In this document: piece by piece, positions 1-10,117 of the stretch | Numbering within the stretch: position 1 is the first letter of the stretch | Layout: every line of letters begins with the position of its first letter | From: an uncultured Candidatus Saccharibacteria bacterium | GTDB taxonomy: Bacteria > Patescibacteriota > Saccharimonadia > Saccharimonadales > JACQNP01 | Direction of reading: 5' to 3' | Assembly: GCA_964590725.1 (NCBI GenBank) | Contig: CAZPWF010000001.1 | Location: forward strand, 23,937 to 87,936 | Length of the DNA: 64,000 bases | The notes under the pieces: generated by a model | Databases searched by the model: none | What the model was told of the DNA's origin: nothing | What the model saw: only the letters and a program-made list of their open reading frames with translations | Translations under genes and position numbers: made by a program

Positions 1-252
1 ATGAGCTTGGGGACACTTGGAAGCTCATCAAAGAGGGGACCGTATTCCATTATCACGAATTTAAACAAACACAAAAAAGGGGGGGAAGCTGGCAGTGTGT
101 TCTTTTCTGTCACGCAAGCAGTAGTAGAGTATTGCATCAGCCCCCGTTCTCTCAGTACATTCGGAATCATCGAAGCATTTTAATAACGCTAAAAGGTTCA
201 AGAAAATCTTGCTGAGCCAAGAGCAGGCAATTTGAAATATGTGCTTTTATGT

Positions 253-1206
253 TTATTTTTTAGTGTATTTTCTGATGTAGTGCTTGGCGCAAAAGACTAA
301 TGCAAGCAGTGCAACAACCGCATACATAACCACAGCGATCGCTTGCCCAATAATAAAAGCGCCATAGTAAACCAAACCACCAGAATCCCCTGAACCAATC
401 ATAATCGTCAATAGAACGAACAAGACATTTATTACGAAAGGAATTGCGACGAACATTAGGGCACGACTTGCAAGCTTTGGATCAGCTTTACGTATACTCT
501 TAAATAGTAAATACAACCCAAAATAAACAGGAATGATTACCACTATAAAAGGTGCAACCAGACTCAAGTACGACGCACTGAGACCACCGCCCAATCTCAT
601 AAAACCCGCTCCAATTAATATACCAAAACTTGACACGGGCGTGATAATGAGAGCGAGTAGCACAAACAGCATTGTCTTATTCCAGGCTGCTTCTGACGGG
701 GCAATGAAACTTGAGGACTTAACTGCTGAAACTGATGCAGTTGTTATGTTTTTTGGTTTTTCAGTCCAGTTAGTCTTATTTGCACTTTTAGAAGTACTCA
801 GTGTGGATCGTTTCGATAATTTATCCACTACCAGTAGCAAAGCCAGGCTCAGACAGAAGAGTATGGCGAAGTCCATAAGCAAGGCTTGTGGCAAAACAGC
901 ATTATCTGTTCTGCGCCAGAAGCCAATTGGCCAGCCAAAATTGTAGTCCCCACCACTCTCGGGTGAATCGGGATAAAAGGAACATTCGGGATTTGCACTT
1001 CTAGCACAGTATTCATCAAGTGTGCATTGACGGGTATAATTATCGCAAAGATACATAGCTGGAGTTGAAGGCTTAACAACTGGGCGAACCGCCACCAGCG
1101 CACCGACACCCGTAAGTAATACTGCTGCGAGTAAGGCGATTATGACTTTTGTGGTTATTTTATTTGAATTTTTAAACACTACACAAATCATAAGCCTTTG
1201 GTGCAA
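253..1206 (-). CDS. Hypothetical polytopic membrane protein; several TM helices and a Cys-rich extracytoplasmic segment
   Basis: 317-aa ORF. Hydrophobic helices at N and C terminus. The loop CDNYTRQCTLDEYCARSANPEC has paired cysteines. No recognisable catalytic motif. Confidence 0.5.
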   Translation of the reverse strand: MHQRLMICVVFKNSNKITTKVIIALLAAVLLTGVGALVAVRPVVKPSTPAMYLCDNYTRQCTLDEYCARSANPECSFYPDSPESGGDYNFGWPIGFWRRTDNAVLPQALLMDFAILFCLSLALLLVVDKLSKRSTLSTSKSANKTNWTEKPKNITTASVSAVKSSSFIAPSEAAWNKTMLFVLLALIITPVSSFGILIGAGFMRLGGGLSASYLSLVAPFIVVIIPVYFGLYLLFKSIRKADPKLASRALMFVAIPFVINVLFVLLTIMIGSGDSGGLVYYGAFIIGQAIAVVMYAVVALLALVFCAKHYIRKYTKK

Positions 1207-1259
1207 AAATTCAAAGTAAAGCGTCTCACCATAGCTCTATTGAAAGAGGCGATATAGAA

Positions 1260-1508
1260 CTATGGCTCAATTACAGGCAAAGCCTCGATGGGTACCTCTA
1301 ATATTCTCGCTAGACGATCGATCTGTTGAAACTTACAATATTTTATTGGCTCACCACTAGCGCTAAAGATACGATAATAATGTGAATATTTTATCTTCTC
1401 GCCCTTAAAATTCTGAGCGCTTGTTGGATGATCTACCTTCCTAATCTTCCAGCCTTCTGGCTGTTGTTCAAGGATGCGCTTTATCTTTGCGTAATGATTA
1501 AATGGCAT
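1260..1508 (-). CDS. Small hypothetical protein (82 aa)
   Basis: ORF co-directional with, and 5 nt downstream of, the YdeI-like gene. No family recognised. Confidence 0.35.
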   Translation of the reverse strand: MPFNHYAKIKRILEQQPEGWKIRKVDHPTSAQNFKGEKIKYSHYYRIFSASGEPIKYCKFQQIDRLARILEVPIEALPVIEP

Positions 1509-1513
1509 GTAAG

Positions 1514-1825
1514 TTATTTGGCTTTGGTTTGTTTATTCAAGATCCATTTTTGAGTAGGATTTATCGGTTTATCCTTGCGGTGAACACAACCCATCCAACA
1601 ACAAGGCCGGCGTTTACCTTCAACAAGCTCAGAGACCGTTCGTAAAATATGTTCTTCACGAGTTTTTTGTTGTTTGACTGTAATATTCCAACAAATCCAC
1701 TCGTTCCGTGCTAGCGGAGTTAGATCTTCCCATTTCTTTAGCGCTAATTTATTGGATTTTAGCGCTTTGCGTAAATCATCTGGCACCTCGTGCGCTACCC
1801 CGCCAGTAATTTTAGTATTAATCAT
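1514..1825 (-). CDS. YdeI/OmpD-associated family protein (bacteriocin-protection-like, DUF1801-type)
   Basis: 103 aa. Segment LTPLARNEWICWNITVKQQKTREEHILRTVSELVEGKRRP matches the family pattern (W-I...AK..ETR..RI...V..L..GKR) known from YdeI-type proteins. Confidence 0.5.
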   Translation of the reverse strand: MINTKITGGVAHEVPDDLRKALKSNKLALKKWEDLTPLARNEWICWNITVKQQKTREEHILRTVSELVEGKRRPCCWMGCVHRKDKPINPTQKWILNKQTKAK

Positions 1826-1940
1826 ATAAACATAATATCTCAGAACTTAATTTTCTATCAAGCAAACTATAAATTGATATTTGATTTATTATTTATGCCA
1901 TGAGACAGTAAAGGTAGTATCAAGTTAGGAGGGAATTATT

Positions 1941-2186
1941 ATGTTTGGGAATGTGTTTTTGGGAATTTTAGGAATTGTAGCATGGTTTGTTTTGGCGTTT
2001 TGGCCAGCCACTATTGCTAAACGAAAAGGTTACAGTTTTGTGCTTTTCTTAATTCTTGCGATATTCATTTCCTGGCTGATCGCACTTATAATTGCACTTA
2101 TTATGAAAGACAAAAACGAGACAGCGCAGGAGCGAGCAGACGATGCCGCAGCCGAAGCAGCCCTAGATAAAGAAGAAAACCAGTAA
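1941..2186 (+). CDS. Small two-helix membrane protein with acidic C-terminal tail
   Basis: 81 aa with two predicted TM helices followed by a charged tail. A GGAG motif (GTTAGGAGGG) lies upstream of the ATG. Confidence 0.45.
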   Translation: MFGNVFLGILGIVAWFVLAFWPATIAKRKGYSFVLFLILAIFISWLIALIIALIMKDKNETAQERADDAAAEAALDKEENQ

Positions 2187-2243
2187 TCAGCAACAATATA
2201 GAAGTTTATTGACAAAATGTGATAATTTTGTTTTTATAAACTA

Positions 2244-2876
2244 ATGAGCAGGAGTAGGATTCACCCACAAAGTCATCGGCAGTTCGCCGATTCATTCAGA
2301 GTCGCCCGACGTGTAATAGAGAAAGACCAGGTCTTATTTGAGAATCTTGAGAACCTTTCAAAACATTTTGGCCATCAAGAAGATTTAAAGGTTTTTTCTA
2401 ACCCGAGAGCAATTTCTGTCGATATTATAAATAAGCATGAAGCTTGGGATCTATTATTGACCTATTCAGGCCTTTCAAGGATGAGTAATCGATTTATTGA
2501 TAATCGGTTAGCGAAATTACCTCATTCAAATTTAAGAAACTCAATCAATATAAGCTTGGGAGATGTAGGTTTGTTTCGGTTATCAGAAAACGAAACATCT
2601 ATAGGTTATAAAATAGTTAACAAAGGGGCAACTTTGCTAAAAAACGAAAGAACTGTTTCTGCAGTTAATCTTTCCAAAATCAGTGGTGACAAAATCCACC
2701 TACCGCTTGATTATGAACCATTCGTAAGCCTGGCAACCGCAGAGGGTAATAAAGATAAAATTCACGAGGTTGCTGATTATATTGCCGAACAGCCTCATCC
2801 GGCTGAAGTATCATGCTATAGCGTCAGTATTAGAGACGTTAGGTTATTATTGCCCGAACCGGTTACTAATTCTTAG
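2244..2876 (+). CDS. Hypothetical protein (210 aa)
   Basis: Long ORF. No recognisable motifs. Start uncertain. Confidence 0.4.
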   Translation: MSRSRIHPQSHRQFADSFRVARRVIEKDQVLFENLENLSKHFGHQEDLKVFSNPRAISVDIINKHEAWDLLLTYSGLSRMSNRFIDNRLAKLPHSNLRNSINISLGDVGLFRLSENETSIGYKIVNKGATLLKNERTVSAVNLSKISGDKIHLPLDYEPFVSLATAEGNKDKIHEVADYIAEQPHPAEVSCYSVSIRDVRLLLPEPVTNS

Positions 2877-2912
2877 AGTACACAAAGAGTAAATCTTTGC
2901 TAATATGATCTC

Positions 2913-3461
2913 ATGCCTCAATTGCCAATATTTATTACCGGAAACGCAGATAAAGCTACCTATCTTTCGAAACAATTAGGTGTAAATCTGAAACATGTAA
3001 AGGTAGATTTAGACGAGATACAGTCAAATGATTTACATAAAATAGTCGAACATAAGCTATATCAAGCCTATGCTGCCTGCAATATGCCAGTTTTAGTAGA
3101 AGATGTTAGCTTAGAGTTCTGTGCGCTCAATGGACTGCCTGGGCCATATATAAAATGGTTTGTAGAATTTGCAGGCGATGAGTCATGTTGCAAGTTATTA
3201 GATGCTTTCGACGATCGAAGCGCAATTATTAAATGCACGTTTGGCTATTATGACGGCAATGAGATTGAATTCTTTGACAGCGAATTAAAAGGTAGTATCG
3301 CAACAAAACCAAAAGGAAATAACGGTTTTGGATTTGATAAGTTTTTTATAAATGAAGGATATAACATTACGCGAGCAGAAATGAACCAAGAAGAAAACGA
3401 AAAAACATACGCCGAACAGATGAAACCATTCGCTAAAGTAAGAGCATTTTTAGAATCCTAA
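2913..3461 (+). CDS. rdgB: Non-canonical purine NTP pyrophosphatase (dITP/XTP pyrophosphatase, Ham1/RdgB family)
   Basis: N-terminal FITGNADK, then PVLVEDVSLEFCALNGLPGPYIKWF and GFGFDKFF, the hallmark Ham1/ITPase motifs. Confidence 0.75.
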   Translation: MPQLPIFITGNADKATYLSKQLGVNLKHVKVDLDEIQSNDLHKIVEHKLYQAYAACNMPVLVEDVSLEFCALNGLPGPYIKWFVEFAGDESCCKLLDAFDDRSAIIKCTFGYYDGNEIEFFDSELKGSIATKPKGNNGFGFDKFFINEGYNITRAEMNQEENEKTYAEQMKPFAKVRAFLES

Positions 3462-3525
3462 AATAAAAATATAATCACAACAAATAGTAAAATAACTATC
3501 GTCAACGTAAATTAAGGATATAAAA

Positions 3526-3792
3526 TTGACTAGATTAATAATCGACGTAAGAGAGCCCTCTGAATATCTGTCCGGGCATGTTGATGGGGCAATAAACATC
3601 CCACCATCAGAGTTAATGGAAGGTTCAGAAAAATTATCAGAAGTACCCAAAGATACCGAACTTGTACTTTATTGTTTATCTGGAAGTAGATCTAATGCTT
3701 CAATAAAGATTCTTGAGCAACAAGGCTATACAAATCTGGTTAACGGAATCAACAGAGACCATGTAATGATGAAATATGCTGATGAATTCTAG
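3526..3792 (+). CDS. Single-domain rhodanese (sulfurtransferase)
   Basis: 88 aa. Active-site loop LYCLSGSRS (Cys-x-x-Gly-x-Arg). TTG start preceded by TAAGGAT. Confidence 0.7.
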   Translation: MTRLIIDVREPSEYLSGHVDGAINIPPSELMEGSEKLSEVPKDTELVLYCLSGSRSNASIKILEQQGYTNLVNGINRDHVMMKYADEF

Positions 3793-3793
3793 T

Positions 3794-4264
3794 CTATTTG
3801 TATCTTAACTTTGGTATAAATCTAGGCGTCCGTTTCATATATTCTAAATAGCCTGGGTACTTGCGCAAAAGCAAACGCTCTTCGTAACGTGCCTTAATAC
3901 TAAAAAGTAATACAAGGCTACCGACCAAAATATATTTCTGCAAAGAACCTCCTATTAGGGCTAGTCCTAGAGACAAAGTGATAACGCCGACATACATTGG
4001 ATGGCGAACAATACGATACAATCCATGAACCTGAAGTTCGCCATTTTGTTTTGGCGACGGAAGAGCAGTAAGAGATTTACGCAAATCATAAATTGAATTG
4101 AGAAGCACAACAACACCGCAAAATTCAACTACTCTACCGAATGTAACAATAACTAACGACACATCATCTCTGTTAGCTGTAATAAATATCAAAATAATGA
4201 GAAGAGCACTTTGAACAAGCACAAAAAACCAAGACATTAAGGCTTCTTTATTCATTAAATTCAT
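3794..4264 (-). CDS. Isoprenylcysteine carboxyl methyltransferase / phospholipid methyltransferase family membrane protein
   Basis: 156 aa. TM helices plus C-terminal LYRIVRHPMYVG and EERLL motif typical of the ICMT/PEMT methyltransferase family. Confidence 0.6.
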   Translation of the reverse strand: MNLMNKEALMSWFFVLVQSALLIILIFITANRDDVSLVIVTFGRVVEFCGVVVLLNSIYDLRKSLTALPSPKQNGELQVHGLYRIVRHPMYVGVITLSLGLALIGGSLQKYILVGSLVLLFSIKARYEERLLLRKYPGYLEYMKRTPRFIPKLRYK

Positions 4265-4413
4265 TATCCCATGCGAATAACAATTCAGTGCTATCTAGAC
4301 GATAAATTGTATTCATTTTCGTCACTTTACCCAGATAAAACACCTTATTACTAATAATCGTTTATACTAAACACTAAGCTTTGTATTATATACAAACAAA
4401 TTAGAAGGCTATT

Positions 4414-6081
4414 ATGATATTGTCCGCGAAAATTACAGAAAAGACCTTTGGGAGTAACGTTCTATACAGTGACGTTAATCTTGATATTCAAGATGGTGAA
4501 AAAGTAGGGCTAATTGGGCGAAACGGTACAGGTAAATCTACTCTTTTTAATATCCTTAATGGAGACGACGCGGACTACCAAGGAGAAGTGAACGCAAAAG
4601 GCGGAGCGATTATTATCAGTAGTCGGCAAGAACACCATGGCCACGAAGACAAAACAGTATTGGAATATATACAGGGTGACCTGCCTGATTACAAAAAACT
4701 AACACATATTATCGATACCTACCCAGAAACCATGGGAAACAATCAGCGGAAAATACAAGAGTTTAGCGACGCACTAGAACGATTCGGAGAGCTTGGCTAT
4801 TATCAAATTGAGGACGAGATAAAACAAGCGTTTGATGTTTACCAAATTGACCCAAACTGTATGCACAGAACGCTGGGATCACTTAGTGGCGGACAAAAGC
4901 GTATGGTAGAACTTGTAAAAGTCCAACGCAGTAGAGGCCATATAGCACTCATAGATGAGCCTACTAACCATATGGACTACATAGCCAAGCAAGCATTTAT
5001 TAAGTGGCTTAGGGCGGCTGATGAGGCAGTATTAGTGATTACGCACGATCGCGATGTGCTAGCGAATGTCGACAGAATTATCGAAATACGCGACGGTAAA
5101 AGTTACGCTTTTCGAGGTAATTACAATAACTACCTTAAAACGAATACCGGGCAAATTTCATCAGAAGTAAGTACTTATGACCTATCGCAGAAGCGAATGC
5201 AAACTCTCGAGCAAGACATCATTCGTTTTCGACGCATGAAGGAAAAAGCTCGTACACCGGGCACAATTAGACGGTTTAAGTCCCAAGAGCAAAAGGCAAA
5301 AGCCGAATTAGAATCCCTTAGCACACTAGAACGTCCTTCGTTTTGGATTGATCAAGAATCCGCAAGTGGAATGAACGAAAAACTCACCGACACTTATGAC
5401 AAATATAAAGCAACAAACATAAAGGTTCGCACGCGTAAAAAATCAAACTCTGAGGACGCCAGAAGGTACATTCAAGTTGATTCGCTATCTCTAGGATACG
5501 ACAATTTACCATTATTTAGTGACGTCAACTTCTCGCTAAGTGCGGGCGAAAGACTGAGATTACACGGCAGAAATGGTGCAGGCAAAACTACTTTAGTGCA
5601 AGCAATTATGTCTCAGGCAAACAGCTCAAAACGGACTTCACAATGTATGGCCGGAGAAATACGCATCGAAAAAGATCTACTAATTGGACTGTACGAACAA
5701 GAAATTAGCCCTAAGTATTTATCTGTGACGCTCACTGAAGCACTCGAACAAATTTTGCGTGATAAAAACCTACCGATTAGTTCTCAACATATTAAGCAAT
5801 TGCTGAGTGACTATCTTTTTAACCCAGCCACGGACGGCGACATGCCGGTAAGACTACTTAGCGGCGGGCAGAAAGCGCGACTGCAGCTGATAGCGATGCT
5901 GGCAAATGATCCGGATATTCTTATTCTTGACGAACCAACCAACCACCTAGATCTTCCTAGTATTGAAGAGTTGGAAAATGCATTAATGCAATATCATGGA
6001 GCAGTAATATATATTTCGCATGACAGTTTTCTGGCATCAAAACTAGGTGGCCAAACGATAACAATCGGTCAGTCCCGATAA
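4414..6081 (+). CDS. ABC-F family ATPase (tandem ABC domains, no TM domain)
   Basis: Two Walker A motifs (GRNGTGKST, GRNGAGKTT), two signature motifs (LSGGQKRMVEL, LSGGQKARLQL), two Walker B motifs (LIDEPTNHMD, LILDEPTNHLD). A ~100-aa charged interdomain linker separates the two ATPase domains. Confidence 0.85.
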   Translation: MILSAKITEKTFGSNVLYSDVNLDIQDGEKVGLIGRNGTGKSTLFNILNGDDADYQGEVNAKGGAIIISSRQEHHGHEDKTVLEYIQGDLPDYKKLTHIIDTYPETMGNNQRKIQEFSDALERFGELGYYQIEDEIKQAFDVYQIDPNCMHRTLGSLSGGQKRMVELVKVQRSRGHIALIDEPTNHMDYIAKQAFIKWLRAADEAVLVITHDRDVLANVDRIIEIRDGKSYAFRGNYNNYLKTNTGQISSEVSTYDLSQKRMQTLEQDIIRFRRMKEKARTPGTIRRFKSQEQKAKAELESLSTLERPSFWIDQESASGMNEKLTDTYDKYKATNIKVRTRKKSNSEDARRYIQVDSLSLGYDNLPLFSDVNFSLSAGERLRLHGRNGAGKTTLVQAIMSQANSSKRTSQCMAGEIRIEKDLLIGLYEQEISPKYLSVTLTEALEQILRDKNLPISSQHIKQLLSDYLFNPATDGDMPVRLLSGGQKARLQLIAMLANDPDILILDEPTNHLDLPSIEELENALMQYHGAVIYISHDSFLASKLGGQTITIGQSR

Positions 6082-6092
6082 AGCACTTAACA

Positions 6093-6359
6093 CTACTTTT
6101 GTAGAGTATGCTGGAACTTTTGAGAGAATTCTCCAAGCAAGGGGACTTCGTTAAAAAAACTAAGCCCCCACAACAAAAAGGCGATAACGACGGTACCGCC
6201 AATAAATACACCGACACCTGTCGCTATGCCTTTTAAGAGACTAAATACCAAGGCCTGTTTTTTATTAACATAGCCTGATTCATAAAATGCTTGAAGTTTT
6301 TTACCCAGTTCAATCTGTTCAGATGTTTTATCTAATTTGTCAATTTTCTTCGACTTCAT
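6093..6359 (-). CDS. Small membrane protein, DUF5665-like
   Basis: 88 aa. Segment YESGYVNKKQALVFSLLKGIATGVGVFIGGTVVIAFLLW resembles the DUF5665 small-protein family common in Patescibacteria. Recall-based assignment. Confidence 0.45.
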   Translation of the reverse strand: MKSKKIDKLDKTSEQIELGKKLQAFYESGYVNKKQALVFSLLKGIATGVGVFIGGTVVIAFLLWGLSFFNEVPLLGEFSQKFQHTLQK

Positions 6360-6472
6360 ATTACTTATATTAACCTAAACCATGCGCAATAAACATTATA
6401 TATAGTATAAATACTTAGTAACAAATTAGGTCTTTTATCTATATTGTTGTGCTCTGTGTTAATATTGCACTT

Positions 6473-7072
6473 ATGAAATCACAATTGCTTGGTGAAACTC
6501 CTAAAATTGAAACTATACACGCTAAAAGGCCTGTAGACACATCAAACTGGTATGATGAATTGCAAAAACAATCATGGGAATCCTATGGTTCGCTGTTTAA
6601 TTTCTATTCGCCTGACGAAATCGCACTTACAATTTTGGGAAGTGGTGAAATGTATAAAATGCAGAGACAATCCCAATGCTTAGGTGATATTTCAATAAAA
6701 ACAGCGATAAGAAGAGCAAAAAAAGAGGTTCCAGACACATTCAAAACAAGCAAAAACCTAGAGACTGGCGAGCTTCACATATATAAATATACCGAACCTC
6801 AGGGCAGAGTAAGGGTATTAACATTAGACGTAACTAAAACGGATTGTAATGTGAACGACAGAAGAGGAGTGACAGACGGCATTGATCTTACAGCAAAACG
6901 CTGGCACGACTGGGATGATATTACATTCAAAATAAAATTAGCCGAAGTAACCTGCAATGAAAATGTAGGGATTGAAGACCTATCGGAACTATCTTCTTTG
7001 ATACCAGATAATATCGAGGCTAAAAAAGGATTCATACGCAGCAAACTAATTGACCCTTTCATAGAAGACTAG
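6473..7072 (+). CDS. Hypothetical protein
   Basis: ORF track begins at GTG 6449. The in-frame ATG at 6473 (MKSQLL...) is the more likely start. No family recognised. Confidence 0.4.
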   Translation: MKSQLLGETPKIETIHAKRPVDTSNWYDELQKQSWESYGSLFNFYSPDEIALTILGSGEMYKMQRQSQCLGDISIKTAIRRAKKEVPDTFKTSKNLETGELHIYKYTEPQGRVRVLTLDVTKTDCNVNDRRGVTDGIDLTAKRWHDWDDITFKIKLAEVTCNENVGIEDLSELSSLIPDNIEAKKGFIRSKLIDPFIED

Positions 7073-7214
7073 CCCTAATTTAGGGTTTAATTACACTTTA
7101 GGCAATTTATAATTCGATGGTCATCTAGTCTACAGTCTGAGTTATTCTGGCAAATTGTAAATATATCTAACCATAGAGAGAGAAATCTGATACCATTAAT
7201 GAAAAGGGAGATTT

Positions 7215-10040
7215 ATGACAAAAAAATCAAAGGCACAACTGCCTAAAGATAAGTTACTGCCGCGAATAACTATGTTCTTTTTTAGACACGCAAGAACTAC
7301 AGCAATATTGTGGATAGTAATCACGATATTCGGCGCTCTTAGCTATACAACACTACTCAGACGAGAAGGGTTTCCGAGTGTAAATATACCAATCGCAATT
7401 GTAGGTGGAGCACATCTTGTAAACGACTCAGAAAAAGTTGATAAAGAGGTTTCGAAACCATTAGCCGAAATCGCAATGCAGCAAAGCAATGTTGCGAGTG
7501 TTCAAACGCAAAGTGGTGCAAATTTCTTTAATGTTACCGTGCAATTCAAGGAAGGCACTGACAGCAATAAAGCAACCGAGGAGCTTAAACAAACAGTTAT
7601 AAGTTCGGATAAATTGCCTAAAACCGTTCGAGTACAATACAACGTTCCATATTTTGGCGTTACTGGTGGCGATATAGACAAACTCGATCTTGCTATTTCT
7701 TTCTATAATACAAATAAGGATGCTTCGACCAAAGAAATTGCTGCCAAAGCTAAACAAGCGTCGGAATGGCTTACGGCCCAAAAAATACCTGGTGTAAAAA
7801 CAGTTTTTATAAAAAATCCATTTAATCGACTTACCGATCCAGTAACAGGACAAGCGGTTACTGTTCAAGAAAAGTTTGATAGATATGGCATTAGAGAGAA
7901 CGAAAGTAACAACTATTATAATTCGGTCATAATAGGGATAACTGCAGAAAAAAATGTTGACGTACTAAAACTTGATAAAGAAGTAGACAAAGCTCTTTCA
8001 AAATTAGAAGACCAAGGTCAATTCAAAAACTACAAAGCCGACATCAGCGCAAGTTTTGCCCCTCAAATTAAAGAAAATATTGGGGAATTACAAAGAGTTC
8101 TAATCGAAGGCTTACTGGCGGTCCTGATTGTCGGATCAATCGTTATCGCGATTCGTGCCTCCCTGATAACAGTCATCTCCATGATTACTGTACTTTTGAT
8201 TACACTCGGTTTTCTTTATGTAATTGGATATACGTTGAATGTGATAACCTTATTTGCGCTGATATTAGCACTCGCCTTAATAGTAGACGACACAATAATT
8301 ATGGTCGAAGCAATCGATGCCTCCAGGCACCATAATAAAGACAGAGACAAAGCCGTGCTTGAAGCCACTCAAAGAGTTAGTAGAGCTATGGTTGCCGCGA
8401 CCGCAACTGCCGCATTAAGCTTTGTGCCTTTATTGTTTGTTGGAGGAGTGCTTGGAAGCTTCATTAGGGCTATTCCTGTCACAATAATTTCAGCTCTAAT
8501 TATAAGTTTGCTAGTAGCATTAATATTCATTCCGCTCTTTGCTAGGTATTTATTACTAGGTAAAAAGCAAATGGGAGCTAAAGGCGTAACGGAAGTAGCG
8601 GCTGGCTTTGAAGCTAGAATAGCTAATTTTGTAACCAAACCAATGATTTGGGCACGAAATTCAAAAAAGCGACTATTTAGTGTTGGGCTGACAGCAATCG
8701 CAATTGGCATATTCTTCTTTATTGGCGGGATATATATAGCAAAAGATGTAGTTTTCAATATATTTCCACCTACCAAAGATACTAATGGAATCACACTGAC
8801 TATGAAGTTTCCAGCAGGCACAAATATTCAGCAAGCAGAGAAAATAGCTACGAAAGCTGATATTTTAGCTTCTTCAGTTATAAGTGATAATTTTGAATTC
8901 GCTTCATACTTTGCAAGCGGCAGTTCATCGGGCGCTAACGAAACTATTAATTTAAAATCATACAGCAAACGAGATATTAGCTCGCAGGAAATCGCAAAAC
9001 AGCTACAGACTAAGTTTGATAACAATTTTGAAGACGCAAAAGTAATCGTAGGCCAATCTGACGTAGGGCCACCAAGTACTCCGTTCATAATCCAAATTGA
9101 TGCTTCAGATCGAAAGAATGCTTATTTATTAGCCGACGACATCTCTAAACACCTATCTGGTGTCGAACTAAAACGACCTAATGGCAAAATCGCACGAATG
9201 ACTAACGTAAGCGTCTCTAATAAGGATCAATTCATCAGAACTAATGGTCGTTCGATTATTACTGTTTCGGCCAACTTTGACGGCAATGATACCTCGACCT
9301 TAGTGAGTCTCGCCCAAAAGTCCATTAAAGATAGATATAACCAAGAAAAACTAGCCAGCTTTGGTCTAAAAAATGATGCTATTAGCTTTGATATTGGTCA
9401 GGAATCTGAAAATCAAGACTCATTTAAAACATTGGCAATAGCATTCCCAATCATGTTGCTCGCGATGTATATTTTGTTAGCTTTCCAATTCCGCTCTTTC
9501 CTGCAGCCACTTCTAATATTTTTAGCTATACCGTTCAGTATATTTGGAATTATGCTCGGATTAGACATTACCAATAATGCTATCAGTTTCTTTGCAATGC
9601 TTGGTTTCTTTGCGCTAATTGGGCTTAGTATAAAGAACACCATCCTACTGACAGATTTCGCTAATCAATCCAGAAGAATGGGTAAAGGTCCAATCGATGC
9701 AGCCGTGGAGGCATTGAGAGAACGATTTCGTCCTTTATTTGCAACTAGCGTGACTGCCGTTGTGTCCTTAATACCTTTGGCTATTGTCAGTCCGTTCTGG
9801 GAAGGATTAGCTGTGGTTCTAATTTTTGGATTAATATCTAGCACTCTACTTGTTGTGACAATTTTTCCATACTACTACCTAGGTGCAGAATATCTGCGAA
9901 TCAAAGTTCCTGCATTTATTTTTGGTAAAAGAAATAACACGAAAAAAAAGACGGAAAAATCAAAGACTACAAATAAAAATACATCCACAAAAAAGGCTTC
10001 TGTGAATAAGAAAAAAAGTTCTAAAAATAAACGTAAATAA
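7215..10040 (+). CDS. RND superfamily efflux transporter permease (AcrB/AcrD/AcrF-like), with Lys-rich C-terminal tail
   Basis: 941 aa. N-terminal MFFFRHARTTAILWIVITIFGALSY...LPSVNIP is typical of AcrB-like pumps. Two blocks of TM helices flank large soluble domains. C-terminal ~45 aa are K/N/T-rich. No membrane-fusion or outer-membrane-factor gene is adjacent. Confidence 0.8.
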   Translation: MTKKSKAQLPKDKLLPRITMFFFRHARTTAILWIVITIFGALSYTTLLRREGFPSVNIPIAIVGGAHLVNDSEKVDKEVSKPLAEIAMQQSNVASVQTQSGANFFNVTVQFKEGTDSNKATEELKQTVISSDKLPKTVRVQYNVPYFGVTGGDIDKLDLAISFYNTNKDASTKEIAAKAKQASEWLTAQKIPGVKTVFIKNPFNRLTDPVTGQAVTVQEKFDRYGIRENESNNYYNSVIIGITAEKNVDVLKLDKEVDKALSKLEDQGQFKNYKADISASFAPQIKENIGELQRVLIEGLLAVLIVGSIVIAIRASLITVISMITVLLITLGFLYVIGYTLNVITLFALILALALIVDDTIIMVEAIDASRHHNKDRDKAVLEATQRVSRAMVAATATAALSFVPLLFVGGVLGSFIRAIPVTIISALIISLLVALIFIPLFARYLLLGKKQMGAKGVTEVAAGFEARIANFVTKPMIWARNSKKRLFSVGLTAIAIGIFFFIGGIYIAKDVVFNIFPPTKDTNGITLTMKFPAGTNIQQAEKIATKADILASSVISDNFEFASYFASGSSSGANETINLKSYSKRDISSQEIAKQLQTKFDNNFEDAKVIVGQSDVGPPSTPFIIQIDASDRKNAYLLADDISKHLSGVELKRPNGKIARMTNVSVSNKDQFIRTNGRSIITVSANFDGNDTSTLVSLAQKSIKDRYNQEKLASFGLKNDAISFDIGQESENQDSFKTLAIAFPIMLLAMYILLAFQFRSFLQPLLIFLAIPFSIFGIMLGLDITNNAISFFAMLGFFALIGLSIKNTILLTDFANQSRRMGKGPIDAAVEALRERFRPLFATSVTAVVSLIPLAIVSPFWEGLAVVLIFGLISSTLLVVTIFPYYYLGAEYLRIKVPAFIFGKRNNTKKKTEKSKTTNKNTSTKKASVNKKKSSKNKRK

Positions 10041-10117
10041 TCGCACCTCTTCCCAATGGTTAGTGCTAAATTTATATAATAACTATTTAGCCGATTGGTT
10101 TTGCTATTATATAGTCA

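Noticed and set aside
1-183. 60-aa ORF beginning exactly at window position 1
   Set aside because: Cannot tell whether it is the 3' end of a gene cut by the window edge or a spurious ORF. No motifs and no RBS visible. Not called.
184-252. Possible intrinsic terminator downstream of the 253-1206 gene (TTGCTGAGCCAAGAGCAGGCAA)
   Set aside because: Stem complementarity is poor (no clean 6-bp or longer GC stem) although a T-rich stretch follows. Not reported as a terminator.
8369-9643. Minus-strand ORFs inside the RND transporter gene
   Set aside because: Embedded antisense in a well-supported 941-aa transporter ORF.
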